Below, piece after piece: positions 9,945 to 19,939 of a stretch of 64,000 bases of DNA. Numbering within the stretch: the first letter of the stretch is position 1; the number at the start of each line of letters is the position of its first letter. The stretch spans positions 168,604-232,603 of the forward strand of contig JAQTSC010000001.1 in the NCBI GenBank assembly GCA_028711505.1, given 5' to 3'. The notes beneath the pieces were generated by a model, which saw only the letters and a program-made list of their open reading frames with translations, did no database searches and was not told the origin of the DNA. The DNA comes from Minisyncoccota bacterium. Lineage in GTDB: Bacteria > Patescibacteriota > Minisyncoccia > JAHISW01 > Tagabacteraceae. Both the position numbers and the translations under genes were made by a program.

Positions 9945-11565
9945 ACGGCCACAAGATAATTCCTAAAACAGACGGCGCCGCTTCATAAGAAGTTGGAAGC
10001 GATTCCGCGCTCGGCGCTGGTTCAACACTCGGCGGAACTATCTCTACTTCAATATGAGGAACTTCCACTGTGGGAACGTATTGTTCTCCCGCAGGCATTT
10101 GTTCTACTGGAGGCCTCATTTCTCCCGGGGGCAATTGCTGGTAATTGACAGAAGGCGGAACATATCCTACTCCCTGTCCGCTGTCATCCATAGGCATATA
10201 ATTACCTCCTTCTTGCGTCCTGTAATTTTCATCTCCAGGAGGCATTCCCATATCTCCTCTTTCCGGAAATTGAATTTCTTGCCGAGGCATCATCTGCGCT
10301 TGCTCGCCATTAAAGTCAGGATATTGCCCTGACTCTCCGCCAGGAGGACCGTATATTATGTCTCCCTGCTGTGGCTGTGGCATCATACCTCCTTCGCCGG
10401 GAGACATAGGGGGCATCATTCCTTCTTGAGGCATCATGCTTTCTTGAGGCTGCATCATAAAAAATTGCTGCATTCTTTGAGCTTGGTCCATCTGCTGCAT
10501 CATGCCTTGAACTCTGTCTTTGCTCATCATCCCGGTATCGGCCGCGAAATTCGCGCACTCCTCAATCCGCGCCGGATCGCCGCAATAATTGCTGCATTCT
10601 TCAATTGACCTGCATCCTCCTGGTCCGGGCTGCTCTCCCATTTTACCGATAATACTCATCTGTTTTTCCATCATTATCGCTTCTTCAGGAGAAAGAAGTC
10701 CGCTTTCTTTTGAAAAATTGAAACAAGTTTCCCTATTTTCTTCTTTACTGCAAAACGCGTCGCATTCTTCCGTGTTTTTACATCCTCCGGGACCGCCAAT
10801 GCTCATCATCTTCTGCGCTTTTTCAGCTTCTTCTCGCGGCATAAGTCCATGCTCCACCGCAAAATTCATGCACTCTTCCATACGGCTCGTATCGTCGCAA
10901 TACGCTTTGCACTCTTCGGGATTTTTACACCCTCCGGGACCCGACCCTGCCGCTTCAAGAATTTCCATCGCTTTCTGTTCGTCAATTTCCGGCCCTTTCG
11001 GCTTACCAATATCTCCCTTCGCGATTTTAATCATAAAATCTGCTTCTTCCTGGGAAATTTTTCCTTCATCAACCACAAATTTCATACATTCTTCTATATT
11101 ATCGCGATTTTTACAATAACTGTCGCAATTTTCTCTTGACTGACATCCGCCAGGCCCTCCCTTTGCCGCTTTTTCTCTTATCTTGTCCGCCTCTTCCGCG
11201 GAAGTGTATCCGTTTTGAACTCCGTAATTAAGGCACTCGTCAAGATTCTCCAAAGACCGGCAATACATATCGCAAGATTTCGGAGTGGTGCATCCACCCG
11301 GTCCGGCAACAGGGTCCTCGGGCTTATTTTCCATCTGCGCCATATCCTCCATCCTTTTGGCTTCCATCGCTGAAAAAACTCCCCGGCTTTTGCCCCACTC
11401 AATGCAAGAAATTTGATTGGCTGGATTATCGCAATAAATTTTGCATTCTTCTTGCGAATTGCAGCTGCCAAGCTCGGCAATCGGATAAGAAATTTCCAAG
11501 GGGTTTTGCGCCGAAACGACAAACCCCGCAAAAAGCAAAATCGCGATTAAAATAATTTTTCTCAT
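9922..11565 (-). CDS. Secreted protein with six Cys-rich repeats and a Met/Gln/Pro-rich tail
   Basis: Signal peptide; repeats (GPGG)C-x5-C-x3-C-x8-C; hydrophobic C-terminus. Confidence 0.8.
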   Translation of the reverse strand: MRKIILIAILLFAGFVVSAQNPLEISYPIAELGSCNSQEECKIYCDNPANQISCIEWGKSRGVFSAMEAKRMEDMAQMENKPEDPVAGPGGCTTPKSCDMYCRSLENLDECLNYGVQNGYTSAEEADKIREKAAKGGPGGCQSRENCDSYCKNRDNIEECMKFVVDEGKISQEEADFMIKIAKGDIGKPKGPEIDEQKAMEILEAAGSGPGGCKNPEECKAYCDDTSRMEECMNFAVEHGLMPREEAEKAQKMMSIGGPGGCKNTEECDAFCSKEENRETCFNFSKESGLLSPEEAIMMEKQMSIIGKMGEQPGPGGCRSIEECSNYCGDPARIEECANFAADTGMMSKDRVQGMMQQMDQAQRMQQFFMMQPQESMMPQEGMMPPMSPGEGGMMPQPQQGDIIYGPPGGESGQYPDFNGEQAQMMPRQEIQFPERGDMGMPPGDENYRTQEGGNYMPMDDSGQGVGYVPPSVNYQQLPPGEMRPPVEQMPAGEQYVPTVEVPHIEVEIVPPSVEPAPSAESLPTSYEAAPSVLGIILWPFIQIFGN

Positions 11566-11568
11566 ATT

Positions 11569-11835
11569 TTATTGAGCGAAAGGATTTTTATAAGCGTCTT
11601 TAAAAGGATTGGCCGCATTTTCTATGTCATTAAAAACATTGGCTTCTTCCACAACCTTTGATAATTCATCGTCTTGCGCTTTCTTCTGCTCGGCCAAAAG
11701 TTCGGAACGTCCGGTTTCCTTGCCGGAAACCACGCCCGCTGAAAAACCCTTATATTCACCATAATAATAACCGCCGAAAAGGCCCACAAACAAAGCCACA
11801 ATGGGCAAGACCATCAAATATGTTTTTTGACTCAT
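11569..11835 (-). CDS. Small membrane-anchored hypothetical protein
   Basis: N-terminal TM helix; ends NPF..NPF; 3 bp from the downstream gene. Confidence 0.7.
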   Translation of the reverse strand: MSQKTYLMVLPIVALFVGLFGGYYYGEYKGFSAGVVSGKETGRSELLAEQKKAQDDELSKVVEEANVFNDIENAANPFKDAYKNPFAQ

Positions 11836-11930
11836 TTTGTTAAAAAATTAAATTAGTAATTGTCATTTACTCCATTCTACAACAAAACTCCCCCCTGGGC
11901 GGGAGGAGTTATCCACAAAAAAAGAAGAAA

Positions 11931-12254
11931 TTACGATTTTAATTTTTTTTCCTTGAAATCACGTATTTCTCTGCGCGCCCTTTGGTTGGCTTTGTCTATC
12001 GCTTGGCGCCATGTTGCACCGTTTCCCTCAGCCCTGATTCCCTTTGCCGCTCCCGGAAAAATTATTTGCATTTCAGCCCTAAAAACATCTCCCTTGCTGT
12101 GTTTTTTAACTCTTTCTATTTCAATTTCAACTCTCCAGTCAACCCCTGTTTTTTTGGAAAATTTTTCAACCATTATTCCCGCTTTTTTTTCTACGAAATC
12201 GCGGGTTTTTTCTTCCAACTCAAAATTTGTCGCCTTAAGATTTAAATTCATCAT
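11931..12254 (-). CDS. Ribosome hibernation factor (HPF/RaiA family)
   Basis: LNLKATNFEL...FVEKK and IRAE...AID S30AE pattern. Confidence 0.8.
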   Translation of the reverse strand: MMNLNLKATNFELEEKTRDFVEKKAGIMVEKFSKKTGVDWRVEIEIERVKKHSKGDVFRAEMQIIFPGAAKGIRAEGNGATWRQAIDKANQRARREIRDFKEKKLKS

Positions 12255-12292
12255 ACTTTTTTAACAAGAAACTCCCTTAAGAAGTTTCTTGC

Positions 12293-12742
12293 CTATTTTC
12301 TTCCATAAAGGCCCACAAGTGTCGCTTGGTCCAAAACGCGAGGTTCCATTGTTTGTTCCAAAGTTTTTTTATCTATACCCGAAGGCAAATCCAAATATCC
12401 GTCAAGGGCATAAAGCTTAAACATATACCTGTGTTTTTTCGCTCCTGCCGGAGGGCAAGGACCTCCATATTCATTTCTGCCAAAATCGTTTCTCCCCTGC
12501 AGCGCGCCTTCGGGAACGCTGTATTCTTGAATTTCTTCGATTTCATCGGAAATATTGAAAACTATCCAATGGTCAAAAGTGCGGCCCGACGTGGCGTCAG
12601 GATCATCCATTATCAAAACCAAACTTTCCGCTCCTTCAGGGATGTCGCTTACCAAGAGAGGAGGGCTGACATTTTCACCGTCGCAAGTGTATTTTACCGG
12701 AATGTCGGAACTATTTTCAAAAGCAGGGCTCGATAAATTCAT
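12293..12742 (-). CDS. YbhB/YbcL (PEBP) family protein
   Basis: LSSPAF, DDPDA, HW, YGGPCPP and HRY.FKLYALD motifs. Confidence 0.95.
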   Translation of the reverse strand: MNLSSPAFENSSDIPVKYTCDGENVSPPLLVSDIPEGAESLVLIMDDPDATSGRTFDHWIVFNISDEIEEIQEYSVPEGALQGRNDFGRNEYGGPCPPAGAKKHRYMFKLYALDGYLDLPSGIDKKTLEQTMEPRVLDQATLVGLYGRK

Positions 12743-12756
12743 AAATAAAATAAAAT

Positions 12757-13215
12757 TTAATAACCGGCGACATTTAAATTGTTTTCTAACACAAAACTTC
12801 TTAAAACGCCCTGCGAAGCGGCGATTCTGACAATATCATCCATCATTACTATAACAAACGGCACAAGAATTATTATCATCAAAATGCTGAGAATTTTTTC
12901 GTTTCTGGACCAATCTTTGCGCCATATTTCGTAAAAAAGAAGTATTGAATACAAACTTATGGAAAAAGGAACGATAAGCGTTATCAAAAACACGACTCCC
13001 CAAAGAAGATAAGAAAGTCCCAAAAGAGAACCGGAATTTATTATGGTATGCCATATGAACTTCAAGGCAAGCCAAAGATTGCCCGCGTAAAAAACAGCGA
13101 AGTACGAAAAGAAAAGCAGGTACAAAATAGTAAGAGCAGACCTCCATGTAGGCGCGAAATAAAAACTGAAAATACGAGAAAAATAATTTTGTTTAACAAA
13201 TTCGTCTTTTATCAT
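12757..13215 (-). CDS. Hypothetical membrane protein
   Basis: Three to four hydrophobic segments, co-oriented with neighbours. Confidence 0.7.
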   Translation of the reverse strand: MIKDEFVKQNYFSRIFSFYFAPTWRSALTILYLLFFSYFAVFYAGNLWLALKFIWHTIINSGSLLGLSYLLWGVVFLITLIVPFSISLYSILLFYEIWRKDWSRNEKILSILMIIILVPFVIVMMDDIVRIAASQGVLRSFVLENNLNVAGY

Positions 13216-13247
13216 ATGAAAAAGATTAACTTATTTTTATTATAACA

Positions 13248-14021
13248 CTAAAAAACGATTTGAGAAAAAGCCGAAAGAAGCACCAAAAAACCGAAACTCA
13301 CGGCAAACCAGCCAAAATTTATCTTTTTTGAAAGCCGGAATAAAAAACCCATTGTTAAAAGCCCGAAAACGAAAGATGTCAGAACACCCGTGATTCCGGA
13401 AATTCCTATTTCAATACCGCGGCCGGAAATGAAAAAAAAGACGTTGGCGCAAAAGACGGCGGGAAGGCTCATAAGAAAACTCAATTTTAGAGCATCGGTA
13501 TCGTTAAAGCGGCGGAAAAGAAGCGAGGCAATTGTAAGCCCGGAACGGGAAAGACCAGGAAGAGAAGAAAAACCTTGAAGAATTCCGGCAATAACTCCAT
13601 CTTTAAAGTTTACATCTTTCACTTCTCTGAATTCTGATTCTTTTTTCCTAAACAGCGCGAGCCCAGTAATTATAAGAAATATTCCTACGGCTCCGGAAAC
13701 AACGCCGGAAGAAACATCTGCAAAATACTTTTCGGCGAAAATAACGAGCGGGACCGACACGACTCCCGTAAACAACGTGCTTAAAAAAAGAAAATTAAAA
13801 ATTTGTCTGTTCTCCTTTTTAAAAATAGAAAAGACGTCTTTTCTCAAATAAATCAAAGCCGCGAAAAAAGTGCCTATATGCAGAAAAACCGCCATTGAAT
13901 AAGCGGCCGTATAATTTTTACCGAAAAAATTCACTCCGGCAAGAGATACCAGCCCGTCCGAACTTAAAGGCAGCCATTCGGCAATACCCTGAATCGCGCC
14001 CATTACAAAACCTTCTAACAT
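13248..14021 (-). CDS. uppP: Undecaprenyl-diphosphate phosphatase
   Basis: QGIAEWLPLSS, PGLSRSG and SFLMSLP motifs. Confidence 0.92.
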   Translation of the reverse strand: MLEGFVMGAIQGIAEWLPLSSDGLVSLAGVNFFGKNYTAAYSMAVFLHIGTFFAALIYLRKDVFSIFKKENRQIFNFLFLSTLFTGVVSVPLVIFAEKYFADVSSGVVSGAVGIFLIITGLALFRKKESEFREVKDVNFKDGVIAGILQGFSSLPGLSRSGLTIASLLFRRFNDTDALKLSFLMSLPAVFCANVFFFISGRGIEIGISGITGVLTSFVFGLLTMGFLFRLSKKINFGWFAVSFGFLVLLSAFSQIVF

Positions 14022-14125
14022 TTTTTAATAATACCAAAATCTCAAGCAGAATATAAGCGAACCGGCAAAAAAAGAAGGGACATAAAACATATAAAAATAC
14101 CCCGACACGAAGTCGGGATATTTTT

Positions 14126-14542
14126 TTAAACCTCTATATTCTTCGCCTCTTTTCTTATCACTGCCCAATGATAAAGATACAAAGGCAGACCTACTATTAT
14201 CATCGCCAAATTTATAGAAGCATCCCGCTGGCGCTGGCTTGATACCGGATCAACTTTATCGGATTGTTCTTTCCAAATTTTATAATCAGCGATAATTCTT
14301 TGCATTTCCGCCCTTTCGGTTTCCGTGAGCTGCTCTCCAGCCGCGGCTTTTTCTAAATTTTCAACAGGCGCATACACAGGCAATATTTTTGAACTGACTC
14401 TCTGCTGGTCATCGGCGCCGGTAAAGACAAACGCCTTAAGCCCCATGTTTATAAACCTCACTCCCGCAATGACCATAAGCGTAAGCCCGACAAGCGAAAA
14501 CAAATAAAGATAAATCGTTCTTATTATTGTTTGTTTTTTCAT
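14126..14542 (-). CDS. Two-TM hypothetical protein (DUF5671-like)
   Basis: IYLYLFSLVGL...PLYLYHW pattern. Confidence 0.6.
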   Translation of the reverse strand: MKKQTIIRTIYLYLFSLVGLTLMVIAGVRFINMGLKAFVFTGADDQQRVSSKILPVYAPVENLEKAAAGEQLTETERAEMQRIIADYKIWKEQSDKVDPVSSQRQRDASINLAMIIVGLPLYLYHWAVIRKEAKNIEV

Positions 14543-14553
14543 TTTTAATTTTA

Positions 14554-14760
14554 TTATTTCATCCCGTACGCTTTTCTCGTTTCCGGGTCATTAACTCTGG
14601 CCTGGGCCGTTTTCATTCTTTTTTCTTCTTCTTTCAAAGCTTCCGCTCCTTTTTTCTCTAAAATTTTTTTCTTTTCTTCTTCCATTAATACCACTTTTCT
14701 TCCCTGCTTCAATTGTTCCAAATAACCGGGGACCGGTTTCGGCATTTTTTCAAAATTCAT
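14554..14760 (-). CDS. Small hypothetical protein
   Basis: 68 aa ORF filling the gap in a co-oriented run. Confidence 0.55.
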   Translation of the reverse strand: MNFEKMPKPVPGYLEQLKQGRKVVLMEEEKKKILEKKGAEALKEEEKRMKTAQARVNDPETRKAYGMK

Positions 14761-14787
14761 GATATTTTTTGCTAATTTTATAATACT

Positions 14788-15942
14788 TTAATTATACTCC
14801 TTGGTTTCCGCCGCCTCAATCGCTTCCAAAATCATTTTTTTCACATCAAAATTTTCCTCGGCTTTTTCAATTTCACTCAGTCTTGCCTTTGTCGCCGGAT
14901 GGCGCGGCGTAAAAAGCTGGCAGCAATCTTGGTCGGGAATTATGGAAATCTCATAAGTCCCTATTTTTTTCGCCAAATCAATAATCTCTTCTTTATCCAT
15001 TCCTATAAGAGGTCTTAATATTTGAAAACCGGAAGCCCTGGAAACTACCGACATATTTTCCATGGTTTGAGAGGCTACTTGCCCCAAACTCTCTCCGGTT
15101 ATCAAGGCTCCGGCTTTTTCTTTTTCGGCGATTTGCGAAGCAATTCCCATCATAAGCCTGCGATATATTACTACGCGATATTTTTCCGGCGCAGACAAAA
15201 CTATTTTTTTCTGAATTTCACCGAAAGGAACGAGAAATAATTTTGAACCGTGCTGATGCCGGTCTAGAGTTTTTACAAGCTCTTCCGCCTTCTCAATGGA
15301 AGCTCTATTCAAAAACGGATAGGCGTGAAAATGAACGAAAACAACCCGGCACCCCCTTTTCATCATCATAAACGACGCGGCAGGAGAATCTATGCCGCCG
15401 GAAAGAAGCGCTACCGCCTTGCCGCCCGAATCAACAGGCAATCCGCCGATCCCCTTATATTTTTCAAAATAAAAAATCGCCTTGCCGCTATGCATTTCAA
15501 CATTGATTGTTTTCCCGGGATTTTTTAAATCAACAATGGCGCCGGTTTTAAGTTTTACGAATTCTCCGAGTTCCCTGTTTATTCCTTCCGAAGTTAACGG
15601 AAAATTTTTATCCGAACGGATAGAAGAAATTCTAAAACTTACGGGATTAAAATCAACAATTTCCTTTTCAAGCCGTTTTTTTATCGTTTCCATATCCGGC
15701 TTAACCCGAAAGACTGGCATAAAATTGGCAATACCCGGAGTCGCTTTCAAGATATCCCTGACTGCGGCTTCGTCAAAACCTGCTTTTGGAACAATAAAAA
15801 AACCGCCGGATATCTTTTCTATCCTTACTCCGCCGTTTTTTACAAACGCTTTTTTTAGATTATTCAAAAGGCGCGCCTCGAACAGGGGCCTGTTTCTTTT
15901 CTTTAAGGTTATTTCGTGAAAATGCGCGAGAAATCCATCCAC
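14788..15942 (-). CDS. thiI: tRNA 4-thiouridine synthase (THUMP + PP-loop, no rhodanese domain)
   Basis: LLSGGIDS, TGESLGQVASQT and RPLIGMDK motifs. Confidence 0.95.
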   Translation of the reverse strand: MDGFLAHFHEITLKKRNRPLFEARLLNNLKKAFVKNGGVRIEKISGGFFIVPKAGFDEAAVRDILKATPGIANFMPVFRVKPDMETIKKRLEKEIVDFNPVSFRISSIRSDKNFPLTSEGINRELGEFVKLKTGAIVDLKNPGKTINVEMHSGKAIFYFEKYKGIGGLPVDSGGKAVALLSGGIDSPAASFMMMKRGCRVVFVHFHAYPFLNRASIEKAEELVKTLDRHQHGSKLFLVPFGEIQKKIVLSAPEKYRVVIYRRLMMGIASQIAEKEKAGALITGESLGQVASQTMENMSVVSRASGFQILRPLIGMDKEEIIDLAKKIGTYEISIIPDQDCCQLFTPRHPATKARLSEIEKAEENFDVKKMILEAIEAAETKEYN

Positions 15943-15947
15943 AAATT

Positions 15948-16733
15948 TTACTTTATCTCGTACGTCAGGCTCACGTTAACGCTAATTTCCTGCGAACCCG
16001 GTTCAATTGTTGAAACCGAGGAAACCGTATCGCCGCCCATTCCTATACCAATACCTTTCTCGTAGACAGAATAAGGATAGCCGTCCGATTCGTAAATGGA
16101 AATAAGCTTGCCTACTTTAAACCCCGCGGACTCAGCCATTGATTTCGCTTTTTCCTTGGCTTTTTTGATTGCCTCGTCTCTCGCGTCGTTTCGAACAACG
16201 GTCGGATCGTCAACCGTAAAAGAAAGCTGGCTTACGGAATTAGCTCCTTTTTCAACAACACCGGAAAGCACTTTTCCTATTTTTGAAAAATCCCTTATTT
16301 TTACCGAGACTGTCTGTGTTATCGTATATCCCACGATTTCAGGCGGGGGACAGGTTGAACTGGAAGAACCGGAATAAATTATTCCGCAATTTGAATACTG
16401 ATATCTCGGCGAAAGATTATATCCCTCGGTTTTTATATCCTTCGGGTCAATACCATTTGACTTCACAAAATCTATCGACGCGTTGACTTTTTCTGTATTT
16501 TTCGCTTGAGACGCGCCCACATCCATTCCTCCTTCCGTGATCACGCTAAAAGTAAATTGCGCCACGTCGGGAACGGTCGTTATCTTGCCGTCTCCGCTCA
16601 CGGTAAAACTTCTGTAAGAAGAAGGCGCGATTGATTTAGAATAAGTTATCACGTAAAAAACCGATGAAAACGCAATGGCAAGAGAAACCAAAATAATCGC
16701 CGGCCACAAATAATTTTTCGCTTGTTTTTCCAT
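15948..16733 (-). CDS. SIMPL (DUF541) domain protein
   Basis: VSGDGKITTVPDVA and IEPGSQEISVNVSLTY motifs. Confidence 0.9.
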   Translation of the reverse strand: MEKQAKNYLWPAIILVSLAIAFSSVFYVITYSKSIAPSSYRSFTVSGDGKITTVPDVAQFTFSVITEGGMDVGASQAKNTEKVNASIDFVKSNGIDPKDIKTEGYNLSPRYQYSNCGIIYSGSSSSTCPPPEIVGYTITQTVSVKIRDFSKIGKVLSGVVEKGANSVSQLSFTVDDPTVVRNDARDEAIKKAKEKAKSMAESAGFKVGKLISIYESDGYPYSVYEKGIGIGMGGDTVSSVSTIEPGSQEISVNVSLTYEIK

Positions 16734-16835
16734 AAATTAAAATTTTAATAATTTAACAGGTTAATAATAAATTCCAATTATATTCCGATATCTTTATATT
16801 GTACCCAAAAAAACGGCTCCGGACAATAAAACTCA

Positions 16836-17834
16836 TTATAAAGCGGTAAAATTTCCCTGCGGAAAATATTTAGGATGATTTTCAAAAAATTCCCATATTA
16901 TTTCCGACGCGGAAATTGCCTGCAAGGGATCTTCTCCCAAGAACCATGCTTTTCCTCCTCCAGGCCAGCTATGTCCGCCGTTTTTTACGTCATAAAATAC
17001 AACGCCTGAATTTTCGTCGCAGCCATCATATTCTTCCATTTTAAAAAATTCGTTTTCTGTCTTTCTTGGATTAATCACACACCTGTTATGTCCCACCCAA
17101 AAAGAAAGCGCCTTAATGACTGCCGGATGATTGACGCCAAAAATTTTATAAACAGGGTCAGTGGCAAATCCTCCGTAAAAAGGAATGGTATCGTCAGCCT
17201 GCCCATGAAAAATTATTATTGACACCGGTTCTGCCGGCTTGCACATCGTCAAATCCATAGACCCTGAAACCGAAGACACGGCGGCAAAAATATCCGATGC
17301 TTCACAGGCCATTTTATAAGCCATTATTCCCCCATTGGACATCCCCGCTATATAAATACGGCGCGAATCTATCTTGTATTCTTTTTTCATCTGCCGGACT
17401 ATTTCTTCAAGAAATTCCGCGTCATCAACGCCGAACGGCTTGACTAAATTACAGCAATAACCTGCATTCCACGTAAGAAGATAATTATTAAAAAGTCCGG
17501 TACCGTTCGGATAAACGACAATAAATCTGTTTTTATCGGAAACTTCATCCATTTTCGTAGTTTCTCTGGCGATATCCGCGTTTCCGCCGGCTCCATGAAG
17601 CATCAAAACAAGAGGTATGGGGCTTCCGCCGTTATAATCTTTAGGCAAATGAACCAAATAGCTTCTCTCCAGCCCGCCCATTGTCAGATATAATTTAAAA
17701 TCCGAAGAGGAGATTTCTTTTGGAGTAGTTCGCGCGATTACGAAATTATCAAAAACCCAAGTTCTTAATTGGAAAATAACGGCAATAAGTATCAAAACAG
17801 CCAAAAGAGAAACAAAACGCCTGCCTGCTTTCAT
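16836..17834 (-). CDS. PHB depolymerase/LpqC-like esterase
   Basis: LHGAGG, WNAGYCC, GMSNGG nucleophile elbow and GGHSWPG. Confidence 0.88.
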   Translation of the reverse strand: MKAGRRFVSLLAVLILIAVIFQLRTWVFDNFVIARTTPKEISSSDFKLYLTMGGLERSYLVHLPKDYNGGSPIPLVLMLHGAGGNADIARETTKMDEVSDKNRFIVVYPNGTGLFNNYLLTWNAGYCCNLVKPFGVDDAEFLEEIVRQMKKEYKIDSRRIYIAGMSNGGIMAYKMACEASDIFAAVSSVSGSMDLTMCKPAEPVSIIIFHGQADDTIPFYGGFATDPVYKIFGVNHPAVIKALSFWVGHNRCVINPRKTENEFFKMEEYDGCDENSGVVFYDVKNGGHSWPGGGKAWFLGEDPLQAISASEIIWEFFENHPKYFPQGNFTAL

Positions 17835-17926
17835 AAAATAATATTACCAAAAACGGCTGAATTTTGAAATAAAAAAACCGCCAGCCCGATAAGACGGACA
17901 GGCGGTTTGCGTTGAATGCGTTTTTT

Positions 17927-18235
17927 CTAAAGCCTCTTTTTTGAAGAAGAAACAACATACTCTTCCGCTATTTTTCTGAGACGGAATACGCCGTTTATGT
18001 TTCTAAAAACAGCGTACTTGTAGGCACCCTCTTTGCGCGCGAAAAAAAACGCGGCGCCGCGAATCATGGGGCCGCAAAAAATTTCCCCCGAACCAATTAT
18101 AGTCCAATGACCCTCGGGATTTGCGCTCAAGCAGCCTAAACGCTCAAGCTCGTTGGCAATCGGCTCTGCCGCTTCCCAACCATCACCCATCTTTTTCGCC
18201 AACTCCTTTATTTCCTTTTCAAAAAAATTTTCCAT
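17927..18235 (-). CDS. Hypothetical protein, paralog of 18267-18614
   Basis: Start MENFF after a purine-rich RBS; shares motifs with its neighbour. Confidence 0.65.
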   Translation of the reverse strand: MENFFEKEIKELAKKMGDGWEAAEPIANELERLGCLSANPEGHWTIIGSGEIFCGPMIRGAAFFFARKEGAYKYAVFRNINGVFRLRKIAEEYVVSSSKKRL

Positions 18236-18266
18236 GGTTCTTTCCCCTTTCCTCCCTGAAGTCTTT

Positions 18267-18614
18267 TTAAGTTCTAGAAATTTTTTTGACAAGAAAATTC
18301 CTGGATTTTCCGGGAAACTTCGCTTCCACATATTCCCAGGCAAATTCCTCCTTTCGAAAATAATAAAGCGTTCCTTCTATGATAGGTCCGGCAAGCTGCA
18401 CATGCAGATTGCATAGACCCTGAGATAAAGTAGGACGCTTCAATAGTACAAAATTGCCAACAAGAGAAGCCCTGCTTTCAAACATTTCGGAAGACAAAAC
18501 CGACTCGTTAACAAGAATTTCCGCTTGCTTTTTGGCTTCTTCCCATTTTCTAGAAGAAAGAGCCTGGACAAACGGTTCCCATTTCACATTGATCACGCTG
18601 TCGTAAATCCCCAT
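18267..18614 (-). CDS. Hypothetical protein, paralog of 17927-18235
   Basis: GGAGG RBS before MGIYD; TTGACA upstream near 18696. Confidence 0.65.
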   Translation of the reverse strand: MGIYDSVINVKWEPFVQALSSRKWEEAKKQAEILVNESVLSSEMFESRASLVGNFVLLKRPTLSQGLCNLHVQLAGPIIEGTLYYFRKEEFAWEYVEAKFPGKSRNFLVKKISRT

Positions 18615-18756
18615 TTTTATATTTCCTCCCTTTTTTCTGTTTTCAAAATTCTTCAAATCCAAGAAGAAATTTACCATAAAAAATAACTTGTGTCAAACAC
18701 ACAAGGGTTCTTAATCCCTATTAAAAATAAAATTCCCGATCTTTTGTAACGCTGCT

Positions 18757-19914
18757 TTATCCCGTCTCGCTCCGCAAACTAGAAAGCATTTTCCTTTTTT
18801 CCGTCTCCCCCGCTTTCATTTTCCTCACAACTTTTCCGAAAAAATCAATTGTTTTATCATAAGTGATTCTATCCACATCATATGGAGTCGCGTCTTTTCC
18901 TCCATGAGCGAACGAATATCGCGCCGGATCTTCATAAGACGGCTTCGCTCCGTATATCATTTCCGAAACTAAGCTTAAAGCGCGAACCGTTTTCGGGCCC
19001 ACGCCTTTTGTTGCCAAAAGCGCTTCGTAATTTTCCGGCTTCTCATCGCATACTTTTCCCAAGACTTTCTCCAAATATTTGCTTTTTGAAAAATCCTCGC
19101 TCACGACGGGATGCCAAAAAAATTCTTTAGTTTCTAAATTTATCAAAGTCATCTGTCTGGTTCCTTGTCTTAACGAAACTGTCCGCGAAAGCCTCGAAGA
19201 ATGTTTGCGTAAAATTTCAATATCTTTCATAAGCCCGCCGTAATTACCCTGAACAAGCTCCGCGCTTAATTTCCGAGTCTGTCCGCTTTTTTTAGCCGAC
19301 AAATCAAGGGTAGGCGAAATCAAATCGCTTGAAATACCCGAATGAGGTTCGCAGACCAAATCGGTGGCTTTTTCCGAATGCCAATGATATCTGCGGGCTG
19401 TTTGTTTTTCCGTGTTCATTCCCTGTTGAACAACCGCCCACGCTCCGCCCTTGCTAAAAAAGAAAGAGTGATGATAAATCTGAAATCCGTCCTGTACCAA
19501 AGCGCCGTCAACCTTAGCCGCCATTTTTGAATTATAGACAAGCGATTCGGATTTTTCCTCGCCAAGCCCAGATCTTTCTCCATGCGTTTTTATTTCATCG
19601 GGAGTTTTTCTTGAGGTTTTCCCTTTCCCGCCGCAAATAAAAATTCCCAAATTATTTTCCCTGCCCCTCACCGCCTCTTTTAGCGAAGCGGTTAAAACCG
19701 TAGTGAGCCCGGACGCGTTCCAATCAAAAGCCAAAACGGTCCCGAGCGACTGGAACCACGCGGGGTCTGAAATTCTTTTCACAAATTCATCCGGACCATA
19801 TTCGGCAATAATAATTTCTACCATTTCCCTTCCAAGCTTTACCATTCTCTCGTAAAGCCACTTCGGGCAAATGCCGTAGTCAAGGCCGAATGTGGCAATA
19901 TTTTTTTGTATCAT
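18757..19914 (-). CDS. DUF763 family protein (start revised to MIQKN)
   Basis: FDWNASGLTT, GGKG.TS, SKMAAKVD and FAHGGKD motifs. Confidence 0.88.
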   Translation of the reverse strand: MIQKNIATFGLDYGICPKWLYERMVKLGREMVEIIIAEYGPDEFVKRISDPAWFQSLGTVLAFDWNASGLTTVLTASLKEAVRGRENNLGIFICGGKGKTSRKTPDEIKTHGERSGLGEEKSESLVYNSKMAAKVDGALVQDGFQIYHHSFFFSKGGAWAVVQQGMNTEKQTARRYHWHSEKATDLVCEPHSGISSDLISPTLDLSAKKSGQTRKLSAELVQGNYGGLMKDIEILRKHSSRLSRTVSLRQGTRQMTLINLETKEFFWHPVVSEDFSKSKYLEKVLGKVCDEKPENYEALLATKGVGPKTVRALSLVSEMIYGAKPSYEDPARYSFAHGGKDATPYDVDRITYDKTIDFFGKVVRKMKAGETEKRKMLSSLRSETG

Positions 19915-19939
19915 CTTATATATATTATAGAATACCTGT

